Below, piece by piece: positions 30,158 through 39,432 of a stretch of 64,000 bases of DNA (positions are counted from its first letter, which is position 1; each line of letters begins with the position of its first letter). Location of the stretch: assembly GCA_964487685.1 (NCBI GenBank), contig CAZASA010000001.1, forward strand, positions 2,855 through 66,854. The letters run 5' to 3'. The position numbers and the translations under genes were made by a program. This DNA is from an uncultured Planctomycetales bacterium (GTDB lineage: Bacteria; Omnitrophota; Gorgyraeia; Zapsychrales; Fredricksoniimonadaceae). Under the pieces are notes generated by a model. It was not told where the DNA came from and ran no database searches. It was given only the letters and a program-made list of their open reading frames with translations.

Positions 30158-31193
30158 TCCCAACAGCCGTATCGGCTTAGCTATTGCGTCATTTCGCCGC
30201 AATAGGGTTAGCATGTTCTGTCTCTGGGTCTTGCTTGTCATTTACGGGATGGCGATAGGTGCTGATTTTATCTGCCCGTATTCCTATCACGACGAAGACC
30301 GCAATTATTCTTACTGTCCTCCAACAACTGTTCATTGGGCGGAGCATGGGCGATGGGCCTATCCATTTATCTACCAGCGCAAACTGACCTTCGATGTTTA
30401 TCATCGACGGGTCTATGTCGATGATCTGGCCCAAAAATGCCCGCTGCATTTTTTACGATCAGGTCGGCTTTTCGGGGTCAACACTCCAGGGCGTTTTTAT
30501 CTTTGGGGCGCGGATGCGCGTGGACGCGATCTGTTCTCACGTATCTGGTATGGGGCCAGGATATCGTTGTCCATCGGGCTTTTAGGTGTTGCCATTTCAT
30601 TTATGCTGGGACTGTTGATCGGCGGGATCGCCGGTTATTACGGCGGTTGGGTGGATGGCGTTTTGATGCGTCTTTGCGAGATGTTCATGATGGTGCCGGG
30701 ATTTTATCTGATGCTGGCCTTAAGGGCCGCTGTACCGGAGAATTTTAATTCGGTGCAGGTATATTTTAGTGTGGTGGTCATCCTGGCGTTCATCGGCTGG
30801 GCCTCTTTAGCGCGAATTATCCGCGGCATGACCCTTTCACTGCGCGAGCGGGACTATGTATTGGCAGCCAAGACCCTGGGGGTTTCTGATATAACCATTA
30901 TATTCAAACATATCCTGCCTCAGACGATCTCATTTTCCTGCGCAACATTGATGTTGACGATCTCTTCGTATATTTTGGCAGAAGCGGGTTTAAGTGTTGT
31001 GGGTTTAGGCATCCAGGACCCTGTTCCCAGCTGGGGAAATTTGCTTTCGGATGCCATGGCCATCGTGCCGGTGATATTCGCGCCGTGGATATTACTGCCT
31101 GGATTGTTTATATTTATTGCTGTGATATGTTTCAATGTCGTCGGAGACGGTCTTCGGGACGCTTTTGACCCGATGTTCAATAGTGAGGATTAA
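30141..31193 (+). CDS. ABC transporter permease (OppC/DppC-like, extended periplasmic loop)
   Basis: 350 aa. GADARGRDLFSRIWYGARISL and AAKTLGVSD motifs. Confidence 0.85.
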   Translation: MKNLIDPNSRIGLAIASFRRNRVSMFCLWVLLVIYGMAIGADFICPYSYHDEDRNYSYCPPTTVHWAEHGRWAYPFIYQRKLTFDVYHRRVYVDDLAQKCPLHFLRSGRLFGVNTPGRFYLWGADARGRDLFSRIWYGARISLSIGLLGVAISFMLGLLIGGIAGYYGGWVDGVLMRLCEMFMMVPGFYLMLALRAAVPENFNSVQVYFSVVVILAFIGWASLARIIRGMTLSLRERDYVLAAKTLGVSDITIIFKHILPQTISFSCATLMLTISSYILAEAGLSVVGLGIQDPVPSWGNLLSDAMAIVPVIFAPWILLPGLFIFIAVICFNVVGDGLRDAFDPMFNSED

Positions 31194-31199
31194 AATTTC

Positions 31200-32696
31200 A
31201 TGCAACGATTGATCATTGTGCTTATTTTGATTTGGCTCGGATGGCATGTAGCCATTCCTATTGACCTGACTGTTTCCGATCTTGGGCGGCATATTAAAAA
31301 TGGCGAACTTATTGCCCATGGTAATGGGGATGTTTTATATAAGAACTTCTATTCTTATACCAACCCTCAATATCCTTTTATCAATCACCATTGGCTGTTC
31401 GGAGTTTTTTGTTATGTGATATGGCATTTTGTCGGCATTACAGGACTGTATTTCATTTATGTGATGCTTGAGCTTCTGACTTTTTATGTCTTTTTTGATC
31501 TTGCAAGGCGTTCTTCTTCATTCATCACTGCCTGTGCTTTCGGTTTGTTGGCTTTCCCGTTGATTTCATTTCGATATGAGATCCGGCCGGAAGGGATCAG
31601 TTGTCTTTTCGGGGGGCTGTTTTGGTGGATGATCCTTGCCTTTCAAGAGAAACGCATTAAGCCGGTTCAATTGACCATCAGTCTTTGTGCCCTGCAAGTA
31701 CTATGGGTCAATATACACATATTTTTTATTTTAGGCCCGCTATTAATTTTCCTTTTTTGGTGCCAAGAACGCAGCAATGGCCGTAAGGAAGAAGCGGCTG
31801 TCTTGCAAAAGATTTTTTTCTGCTTGTTGGCCGCGTGCTTGATCAATCCTTCAGGTATAAACGGGGCATTGGTGCCGTTTCAATTAGGTAAGGCGTACTC
31901 TTATTTGATCATGGAGAATGCGTCGGTATTTTACTTATTAAGCACAAAAATGTTCTTCTTAAGACCCCTATTGCTTTATTTCTTGGCAGCACTTGGGGTT
32001 TTGCTCTTGGGATTATTATTTTTGGTTCAAAAGGAAGGGTTTAAGAAATATATTTTTATCACTTTATTGTCTTTGATCTTGTCCCTTGTGGCCCTGAAGG
32101 CTGCACGGATGATCGGGATCTTAGGGTTTTTCTGGATCCCCTTGATGGCGTTGGTTTATACCAAATGGACCCAGTCTAAAACAGCTCATGTTCAGAAATT
32201 AATAGAAGCACTTATCGTGTTAGCGGCGATCATTGTTTCAGCTTATGTCAATTGTGATTGGAAGCAGAGGCATTCACTGGGGGTGGTTGCTGGTTGTAAT
32301 GATGCGGCTTATTTTTTTAAACATGAAAGAATATCAGGGGTTATTTTCAATAATTACGATATCGGGGGATATTTGATCTTTCATTTAAGCCCTCAGCATC
32401 AAATGTTTGTTGATGACCGGATGGAGGCTTACCCTGAGGATTTCTTGAAAAAGACCTATATCCCTATGCAGATGGACAATGATCTATGGCAGAAAATGGA
32501 GATTAAATATCACTTCAATGTTATTTTTTATACGCTGGATGCGACGCCTTGGGGGTATGCATTCCTCAAGGAGCGTTTCAAAGATCATTCCTGGGCAGTC
32601 GTATATTTACGCAATAATGCGGTGATATTTTTAAAACGTAATGCGCAAAATGCGTCGATCATCAAAGGCCATGAATTGCATGTGCAGGTGTCATAA
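31200..32696 (+). CDS. Uncharacterised polytopic membrane protein with C-terminal extracytoplasmic domain (paralog family member 1; no TPR)
   Basis: Shares motifs with 34168 and 36011: DLGRH, FINHHWLF, RYEIRPE, LWVNIHIFF, FNNYDIGGYL, AVIFLKRN. Wedged between the permease and ATPase genes. Confidence 0.6.
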   Translation: MQRLIIVLILIWLGWHVAIPIDLTVSDLGRHIKNGELIAHGNGDVLYKNFYSYTNPQYPFINHHWLFGVFCYVIWHFVGITGLYFIYVMLELLTFYVFFDLARRSSSFITACAFGLLAFPLISFRYEIRPEGISCLFGGLFWWMILAFQEKRIKPVQLTISLCALQVLWVNIHIFFILGPLLIFLFWCQERSNGRKEEAAVLQKIFFCLLAACLINPSGINGALVPFQLGKAYSYLIMENASVFYLLSTKMFFLRPLLLYFLAALGVLLLGLLFLVQKEGFKKYIFITLLSLILSLVALKAARMIGILGFFWIPLMALVYTKWTQSKTAHVQKLIEALIVLAAIIVSAYVNCDWKQRHSLGVVAGCNDAAYFFKHERISGVIFNNYDIGGYLIFHLSPQHQMFVDDRMEAYPEDFLKKTYIPMQMDNDLWQKMEIKYHFNVIFYTLDATPWGYAFLKERFKDHSWAVVYLRNNAVIFLKRNAQNASIIKGHELHVQVS

Positions 32697-33464
32697 ATGA
32701 TGGAACCATTATTATCGATCAGAGATTTGACCGTTGCTGTCGGTCCTCAAAAGATCGTTGATCACGTATCATTCAACGTGCCTCGTGGAAAGATCGTGGC
32801 TGTTGCCGGGGGTTCCGGAAGCGGTAAGACAACGATCGGTCTGGCCATTTTGCGATTATTATCTCCAGCGTTAAGTATAAAGCAGGGAAGTATCATTTTT
32901 GAAGGCAAGGACCTCTTGTCATTACATGTTAACCAGATGCAGCAATACAGGGGAGCAGGTATAGGCATGGTCTTTCAGGAGCCTTTAAGCGCGCTGGACC
33001 CATTGTTCACCATCGGAGACCAGATCGAGGAAGTGCTAAGCGTACACACGGCATTATCAAAACATGAACGGTATGATAAGGCCATTGAGTCCTTGGCCGA
33101 AGTTGAATTGCCTGACCCTATGCGTGTTTATAAAAGCTATCCGCATCAACTCAGCGGCGGCATGCGTCAGCGCGCCATGATCGCTCAGGCCTTGGTCTGC
33201 GGGCCTTCCTTGATCATTGCTGATGAGCCTACCAGCAGTTTGGATGTTACCTTGCAGGTTAAGATCATGGGTATATTTAATCGTCTGAAAGCAAAGGGTA
33301 TTTCCATTTTACTCATTGCCCATGACCTGGGAATGATCGCCCATGTTGCTGATGAGATCATCATCCTTCGTCAAGGAATAATGGTGGAGCAGGGATTGGT
33401 TGCGAGTGTGATCGGTCAGCCTCAACATGAATATACCAAGGCACTCGTGGAGGCTTTTCAATGA
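32697..33464 (+). CDS. ABC transporter ATP-binding protein (OppD/DppD-like, short form)
   Basis: Walker A GGSGSGKTT, signature LSGGMRQR, Walker B LIIADEPTSSLD. The ATG abuts the TAA of the preceding gene. Confidence 0.85.
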   Translation: MMEPLLSIRDLTVAVGPQKIVDHVSFNVPRGKIVAVAGGSGSGKTTIGLAILRLLSPALSIKQGSIIFEGKDLLSLHVNQMQQYRGAGIGMVFQEPLSALDPLFTIGDQIEEVLSVHTALSKHERYDKAIESLAEVELPDPMRVYKSYPHQLSGGMRQRAMIAQALVCGPSLIIADEPTSSLDVTLQVKIMGIFNRLKAKGISILLIAHDLGMIAHVADEIIILRQGIMVEQGLVASVIGQPQHEYTKALVEAFQ

Positions 33465-34171
33465 GCGTTTTAGAAGTCCAACATCTTGTTAAATCTTTCG
33501 GAGCCCTTCGCGCTGTCGATGATGTCAGCATTTCATTGCAACAAGGGGATAATCTGGCTATTATCGGCGAGTCTGGATGCGGCAAGACAACATTCGCCAA
33601 GATGATCATGGGTCTGATAGCGCCTGATGCAGGGTCCATCAAGGCAGAAGCCATGAGCGTACAGATGGTTTTTCAGGACCCCAACCAATCCCTTGATCCG
33701 CTTTGGAATGTGCGAAGTATTTTAAAGGAAGCCTTTTGGCGCAATCGTTCCTTAACGGAGCATAAAATCGAAGAGCAAATGGAGCAGATCTTGTCGGCGG
33801 TAGGTCTTTCGCCGCTTATTTTACAGCGTTTCCCCCACGAATTTAGCGGCGGAGAGCGCCAACGCATTGCCATTGCCCGGGCCTTGCTGGCGTCGCCCAA
33901 GGTGCTGGTTTTGGATGAAGCTGTTTCAGCACTGGACACCCTGGTGCAAAAGCAGATCATGGACCTATTAAGGAAATTAAAACAGGATTTTGATCTCACC
34001 TATATTTTTATTTCTCACAATTTACGATTGGTCAGGAATTTCAGTGATCATTTAGTGGTCATGGACCGTGGGAAAATCGTCGAAACAGGCCCCGTGCAGA
34101 CCATCCTGCAATCCCCGGCGCATCCTTATACGCAGCAGCTATTGCAAGCAGCGCTTTATACAAATTTATGA
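33461..34171 (+). CDS. ABC transporter ATP-binding protein (OppF/DppF-like, short form)
   Basis: Walker A GESGCGKTT, signature FSGGERQR, Walker B VLVLDEAVSALD. Confidence 0.85.
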   Translation: MSVLEVQHLVKSFGALRAVDDVSISLQQGDNLAIIGESGCGKTTFAKMIMGLIAPDAGSIKAEAMSVQMVFQDPNQSLDPLWNVRSILKEAFWRNRSLTEHKIEEQMEQILSAVGLSPLILQRFPHEFSGGERQRIAIARALLASPKVLVLDEAVSALDTLVQKQIMDLLRKLKQDFDLTYIFISHNLRLVRNFSDHLVVMDRGKIVETGPVQTILQSPAHPYTQQLLQAALYTNL

Positions 34172-35958
34172 GCGAACGGTTTTGGAGAAATTTTAGCACC
34201 TTGTTGGGTCGGCTATCCATCGGTCTGCTTTTTGTCCTGGTCATTTTTTGTTCTTGCAACGCAATAACGGACCTGGACTTATGGATGCATTGGCGCATGG
34301 GATGGTGGATCTGCCATCATGGATTTGTCCCTGATCATGACATCCTGTCATTCCCTAATTTCGGCAAACCCTGGATCAATCATGAGTGGTTATTTCAGGT
34401 ACTGGTTTACCAGGTCCAACATCATTTTGGATTCAATGGATTGATTTTGATGCAGGCCTTGGTGGTAGTATCAAGCTTCACGGTGCTGCTATTACTGGGC
34501 TATAAACGCGAGCGTCAATGGGTATCGGTGTTTGGTTTGTTCCTGGTCTTAATGGTTTTTCAACCCCGCTTTACTATCCGTCCTGAGATCTTCAGTTTTT
34601 TATTCTTGGCGAGCTTCATTTATATTCTGTCAAGGCATCTCAATAAACCCTGGGCGATCTATGCGCTGGTGTTCATGCAAATACTATGGTCCAATATGCA
34701 TTTCTTTTTCTTTTTTGGCCCGATGCTGGTTTGTATTTTTAATAAAGAATATAGTACGTTTAAAAGGACCTTGCCGCTTTTGATCTTGGCGTGCTTGGCT
34801 AATCCCATGACTTTTAAGGGCGCTTTAGACCCGGTGAATGTTTTTTTTCATTTAGGGGACCATCACCTATTTTTCGCCAATAATCTCGAATTTCAAAAGC
34901 CTTTGTTGCCGCATACATTTTTTAACGGCGATTACTTATGGTATAAGGCCATGATCGTGATTTCAGCGTTAAGTTTTGTTCTTAACTACCGCAGGATCGA
35001 TGTCAGGGTCCTTATTCTATGGGCCATTTTTTTAGGCTTTTCTATGATGGCTGTCCGTAATTTGGCTTTTTTTGCGGTAGCAGCCTATATGGTGATCATG
35101 ATCAATACGATGGCGATCTCTTCAAAGAATCCGGTCGTGGATTCGATTGTTAAGATCGCGCTATTGACCTGGATGATCTATGTTGGAATGGGAATAAAAG
35201 CCCATGAAAATTTTTTGGGTATATCCAAAAGCCTTTATCCGCAAAAGGCCGTGGATTTCCTGGTACAAAACAAGATCAAGGGGAATTTTTTTAATGATTT
35301 TAATTCCGGTGCTTATCTGACAGGCCGAGCGTATCCCAACATCAAGGTCTTTATCTTTGGCCATATGGAGGATGGGGACAAGTTTCTCATGGATTACCAG
35401 AAAATATATAACTACGGTGATGCTACAGTCTTTAAGGAATTCGAGGGGAAATATAATATCACCGGGGCTTTCTTGAACAATGCGAACCAAAATATCTCCC
35501 ACCCGGCACTATTGATGTTTCATTCTTTCCCAAACTGGTCCATTGTTTATCTGGACCATGACGCGGTGATCTTTTTAAAACAGACACCTGACAATAAAAT
35601 TTTCATAGACCGGTTTTCTGTTGACCTCAATCATTGGAAGACGAATCAATCCAAGTCGGATGATTATCTGAGACGGGCCTATATCCTGGAAATACTGGGG
35701 GCTGATGAAGGGGCCATCAACGAATTAAAAGAAGCCGTACGGCAAGCTCCTGATTTCGGCCCGGGCTACAATATGCTTGGTAAGATCTATAATAAGATCG
35801 GCCAATACCCCCAGGCGCTGGAGAATTATAGATTAGGATATAAATTAACAGGGGACATTAAGGCTGAATATTGGTTATCACAATATCATATTGTCAAAGA
35901 TCGATTATCTATATTAACGGCGTATTTACTGCAACGGGGCCCAATTTCAGTAAAATAG
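34168..35958 (+). CDS. Uncharacterised polytopic membrane protein with periplasmic domain and C-terminal TPR (paralog family member 2)
   Basis: Motifs MSERFWRN, DLDLWMHWRMG, WINHEWLF, RFTIRPE, LWSNMHFFFFFGP, FNDFNSGAYL, AVIFLKQT. TPR-like tail (GYNMLGKIYNKIGQYPQALENY). ATGA overlap with the ATPase gene. Confidence 0.6.
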   Translation: MSERFWRNFSTLLGRLSIGLLFVLVIFCSCNAITDLDLWMHWRMGWWICHHGFVPDHDILSFPNFGKPWINHEWLFQVLVYQVQHHFGFNGLILMQALVVVSSFTVLLLLGYKRERQWVSVFGLFLVLMVFQPRFTIRPEIFSFLFLASFIYILSRHLNKPWAIYALVFMQILWSNMHFFFFFGPMLVCIFNKEYSTFKRTLPLLILACLANPMTFKGALDPVNVFFHLGDHHLFFANNLEFQKPLLPHTFFNGDYLWYKAMIVISALSFVLNYRRIDVRVLILWAIFLGFSMMAVRNLAFFAVAAYMVIMINTMAISSKNPVVDSIVKIALLTWMIYVGMGIKAHENFLGISKSLYPQKAVDFLVQNKIKGNFFNDFNSGAYLTGRAYPNIKVFIFGHMEDGDKFLMDYQKIYNYGDATVFKEFEGKYNITGAFLNNANQNISHPALLMFHSFPNWSIVYLDHDAVIFLKQTPDNKIFIDRFSVDLNHWKTNQSKSDDYLRRAYILEILGADEGAINELKEAVRQAPDFGPGYNMLGKIYNKIGQYPQALENYRLGYKLTGDIKAEYWLSQYHIVKDRLSILTAYLLQRGPISVK

Positions 35959-36010
35959 AAAATAAGATACTATAGAGCTAAGATTTTTAATGATAAAATG
36001 ATAGTAAATT

Positions 36011-38167
36011 ATGAGTGAACGTTTTTGGCGAAATCTTAGCACCACCATTGGCTGGATGTCCATCGGCATGCTTTTTGCCCTGGTCACTTTTTGTTCCAGC
36101 CTTGAGATCAAGGACCTGGACCTCTGGCTCCATCTGCGGATGGGTTGGTGGATCTGCCAGCACGGTTATGTTCCCAATTTTGATGTTCTTTCCGGCAGTA
36201 TCGCGGGAAGACCTTGGATCAATCATGAATGGTTGTTCCAGGTTTTGGTCTACCAGGTGCAAAGGATCTACGGTTTTAACGGGTTGATCACCATGCAGTC
36301 CATGGTCGTGGCCATGACCTTCATGGTGCTTTTGTTCCTTGGCTATAGCCGTGAGCGTCAACTGCTTTCGGTCTATACCCTTTTATTGGTCCTGATGGTC
36401 TATCAAACCCGCTTCACGGTCCGTCCGGACATTTTCAGCTTATTATTTTTCGTTATTTTTATCTATATCCTTGCCTTGCAGATCAACAAGCGCTGGTCAG
36501 TGTACGCGCTGGTGGTCCTGCAGATCTTATGGACAAATATGCACGGGTTTTTCTTTTTCGGGCCCTTATTGGTGCTCGTGGGTATTTTTTCAGAATTTAT
36601 CAAACGCCGTGTACCGCTGCCTTACGAGTGGAATACCGTCGGCCGCCTTAATGATGAAGAATATGGCTGGCTTAAAAAAGTCCTGCCTTTGCTGATCATG
36701 GCCTGTTGTGTCAATCCATCGACTTTCCAAGGCGCCTGGTATCCGTTAAGCGTTTTCTTTGGTTTGGCGGGGGATAACAAGATATTTTTCGACCATATCA
36801 TGGAATTACAAAGGCCGTTTACCACGTCTAATATTTTCAGCGATAACTACATTTATTATAAGATACTGATCTTGATCTCTGCTTTCAGTTTTATTTTTAA
36901 CCGCCGCAAGGTTGATATCAGCAGTTTTTTGGTTTGGGTCATCTTTTTAGGTTTCTCTTTAGCGGCTGTCCGCAATTTGATCTATTTCGCCGCAGCGGCG
37001 TATATGGTGCTCATGGTCAATGTCATTTCTATCTTTTGGGAAAACCTGGTGCCGCTGCGCTTTTCTTCCCCCAAATTCAAGCATATTACCGTGATCGTCG
37101 GTAAAATAGGGCTCATGGTATGGATGCTCAATTTCGGCGTGTCCATGACGGGCGACGGCTATTTTGATTTTGACACCTACATGCGTAAAAGCGAGTTTTT
37201 TGGCGTGTCCAAACGCGCCTATCCTTACAAGGCCGTGAATTTCCTGGCACAAAAACAGATCAAGGGGACTTTTTTCAATGATTTTAATTCCGGCGCGTAT
37301 TTAGTCGGCAGGGTCTACCCTAACATTAAAGTCTTTATCGACGGGCGTACCGAGCTCTATGGGGCTGATTTCTTTGAGAATTACGAAAAGATCTGGAGAG
37401 ACGGTAATGCGCATGTATTTACCTATTATGAGCACAAGGATAATATTACCGGGGCTTTTTTGAACAATATCAAGCAGAGCATCCCCCGGGACGTGCTGCG
37501 GATGTTCCATTCTTTTAAGAATTGGACCATTGTCTATCTGGATGACGATGCGGTCATATTTTTAAAACAGACGCCTTATAATAAGCCTTTTATTGATCGT
37601 TATGCGGTTGATCTGAATAAATGGAAGCCCAAGCCGATGGATATTTTAAAATTAGGTACTCGTCGGATCGATCCTTTTCCTTATGAGAACAGGGCGTATA
37701 TTCTGGAGGTGCTCGGGGCTGATGAAGCAGCGATCGAGGAATCGAGGGAAGCCATTCGGGTGGAACCGGGTTTTGCCCCTGCTTACAATATGCTGGGCAA
37801 GATCTATGCGAAACATAAGGAATATCGTAAAGCCTTTGAGAATTACCGGCTGGGGGTCATGTATTCGGGGGACAAACAGGCCCGACTAGGCCTTGCCCAA
37901 ACTTATGAAAATTTAAAATATTACAATGAGGCGACCATCCAGTTCCAGAAGGTGGCGGATGATTATCCTAAGGATTATCAAGGCTTCTATGGGTTGGCCC
38001 AAACGTATGCCGAAGAAGGCCAAGCTAAAAGGTCCCAGGAAATGCTCATTCAGGCCCAAAAATTGGGATTGCAAGATAAGGTTGCCGTTCAAAAAATCCG
38101 TGATATTATAAATGCTAAAAATAGGAAGCAGGTTGTAGTTAAAAAACCTATTAAAAATAGAAAGTAG
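36011..38167 (+). CDS. Uncharacterised polytopic membrane protein with periplasmic domain and extended C-terminal TPR array (paralog family member 3)
   Basis: Same N-terminus MSERFWRN and the same motif set as 34168. About 120 aa longer, through a loop insertion and extra TPR units. Confidence 0.6.
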   Translation: MSERFWRNLSTTIGWMSIGMLFALVTFCSSLEIKDLDLWLHLRMGWWICQHGYVPNFDVLSGSIAGRPWINHEWLFQVLVYQVQRIYGFNGLITMQSMVVAMTFMVLLFLGYSRERQLLSVYTLLLVLMVYQTRFTVRPDIFSLLFFVIFIYILALQINKRWSVYALVVLQILWTNMHGFFFFGPLLVLVGIFSEFIKRRVPLPYEWNTVGRLNDEEYGWLKKVLPLLIMACCVNPSTFQGAWYPLSVFFGLAGDNKIFFDHIMELQRPFTTSNIFSDNYIYYKILILISAFSFIFNRRKVDISSFLVWVIFLGFSLAAVRNLIYFAAAAYMVLMVNVISIFWENLVPLRFSSPKFKHITVIVGKIGLMVWMLNFGVSMTGDGYFDFDTYMRKSEFFGVSKRAYPYKAVNFLAQKQIKGTFFNDFNSGAYLVGRVYPNIKVFIDGRTELYGADFFENYEKIWRDGNAHVFTYYEHKDNITGAFLNNIKQSIPRDVLRMFHSFKNWTIVYLDDDAVIFLKQTPYNKPFIDRYAVDLNKWKPKPMDILKLGTRRIDPFPYENRAYILEVLGADEAAIEESREAIRVEPGFAPAYNMLGKIYAKHKEYRKAFENYRLGVMYSGDKQARLGLAQTYENLKYYNEATIQFQKVADDYPKDYQGFYGLAQTYAEEGQAKRSQEMLIQAQKLGLQDKVAVQKIRDIINAKNRKQVVVKKPIKNRK

Positions 38168-38176
38168 TTTGATCCT

Positions 38177-39382
38177 ATGCGTGATGTGTTGACCTTTATC
38201 CTTGCCGGCGGCAAAGGCGAACGGCTTGATCCCTTGACCCGTGACAGGGCCAAACCGGCAGTGCCATTCGGCGGCATTTACCGTATCGTTGATTTTTCGC
38301 TTTCCAACTGTGTGAACTCCGGCCTGCGGCGTATCTTCCTTTTGACCCAGTACAAATCATTCTCCCTGCAGCGCCATATTTTAGAAGGATGGAACATTTA
38401 TTCCAATCAATTAGGTGAATTTATAGACGTGGTCCCGGCCCAGCAGCGTATTTCCAGCGACTGGTACCGCGGCACCGCGGATGCCATTTATCAGAATTTG
38501 AACATGGTCAGTGATTATGATCCTGAATTGGTATTGATCCTGGCAGGGGACCATGTGTATAAAATGGATTACCGCCAATTGGTGGAGTACCATCGCAGCA
38601 AAGGGGCGGACATGACGGTGGCCTGTATCACGATGCCTAAACATGATTCGGTCCATTTCGGGGTCGTTGAGGTCAATAAGCAGAATATGGTCACTGGTTT
38701 TCAGGAAAAACCGGAAAAACCTAAAACCATTCCTTCCAGCCCTGATGAGATCTTTGGGTCCATGGGGATCTATTTGTTCAATGCCGATATCCTTAAAAAG
38801 GAGCTGGTCGCAGACGCGGCCAAAACTGATTCCGGTCATGATTTCGGCAAGAATATCATCCCGCAGATGGTGGCCAAAAAATTGAAAGTGTATGCCTACG
38901 ATTTTGCCCGGGAGAATCTTACTTCATCCTACTGGCGCGACATCGGGACCCGTGATTCCTATTATCAGGCCAACATGGACCTTTGCGGGCCAAAACCAAA
39001 ATTCACGTTATATGACAAGGCATGGCCTTTGCGTACCTACCATCACCACTATCCGCCGCTGAGATTTTATACGACGGGAAAGATGCCGGGCACCATCGTT
39101 GATTCATTGGTCGCCGGAGGTTGTGTTTTGGAAAGCTGCCAGATCGAACACTCCGTGGTGTCCAACAATGTCATGATCAGGGACGGTGTTCTGGTCAAGA
39201 ATTCCGTGATCATGGACAGCGTCACTATCGGCAAAGGGGCCCAGATCCAGGGGGCCATCATTGATAAAGATGTGGATATTCCCGCAGGGACCAAGATCGG
39301 TTTTGACCCCGCCTTGGACCGCCAGCGATTTGTGCTGACCACATCGGGCATAGTCATAGTTGCAAAAAAGACTTCTTTATGA
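38177..39382 (+). CDS. glgC: Glucose-1-phosphate adenylyltransferase
   Basis: ILAGGKGERLDPLTRDRAKPAVPFGGIYRIVDFSLSNCVNSG and a C-terminal left-handed beta-helix region. Confidence 0.9.
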   Translation: MRDVLTFILAGGKGERLDPLTRDRAKPAVPFGGIYRIVDFSLSNCVNSGLRRIFLLTQYKSFSLQRHILEGWNIYSNQLGEFIDVVPAQQRISSDWYRGTADAIYQNLNMVSDYDPELVLILAGDHVYKMDYRQLVEYHRSKGADMTVACITMPKHDSVHFGVVEVNKQNMVTGFQEKPEKPKTIPSSPDEIFGSMGIYLFNADILKKELVADAAKTDSGHDFGKNIIPQMVAKKLKVYAYDFARENLTSSYWRDIGTRDSYYQANMDLCGPKPKFTLYDKAWPLRTYHHHYPPLRFYTTGKMPGTIVDSLVAGGCVLESCQIEHSVVSNNVMIRDGVLVKNSVIMDSVTIGKGAQIQGAIIDKDVDIPAGTKIGFDPALDRQRFVLTTSGIVIVAKKTSL

Positions 39383-39432
39383 TACTCTTATCGGACTTCT
39401 GAAACCTTAAAATTGTGAAGGGATGAGTTACT

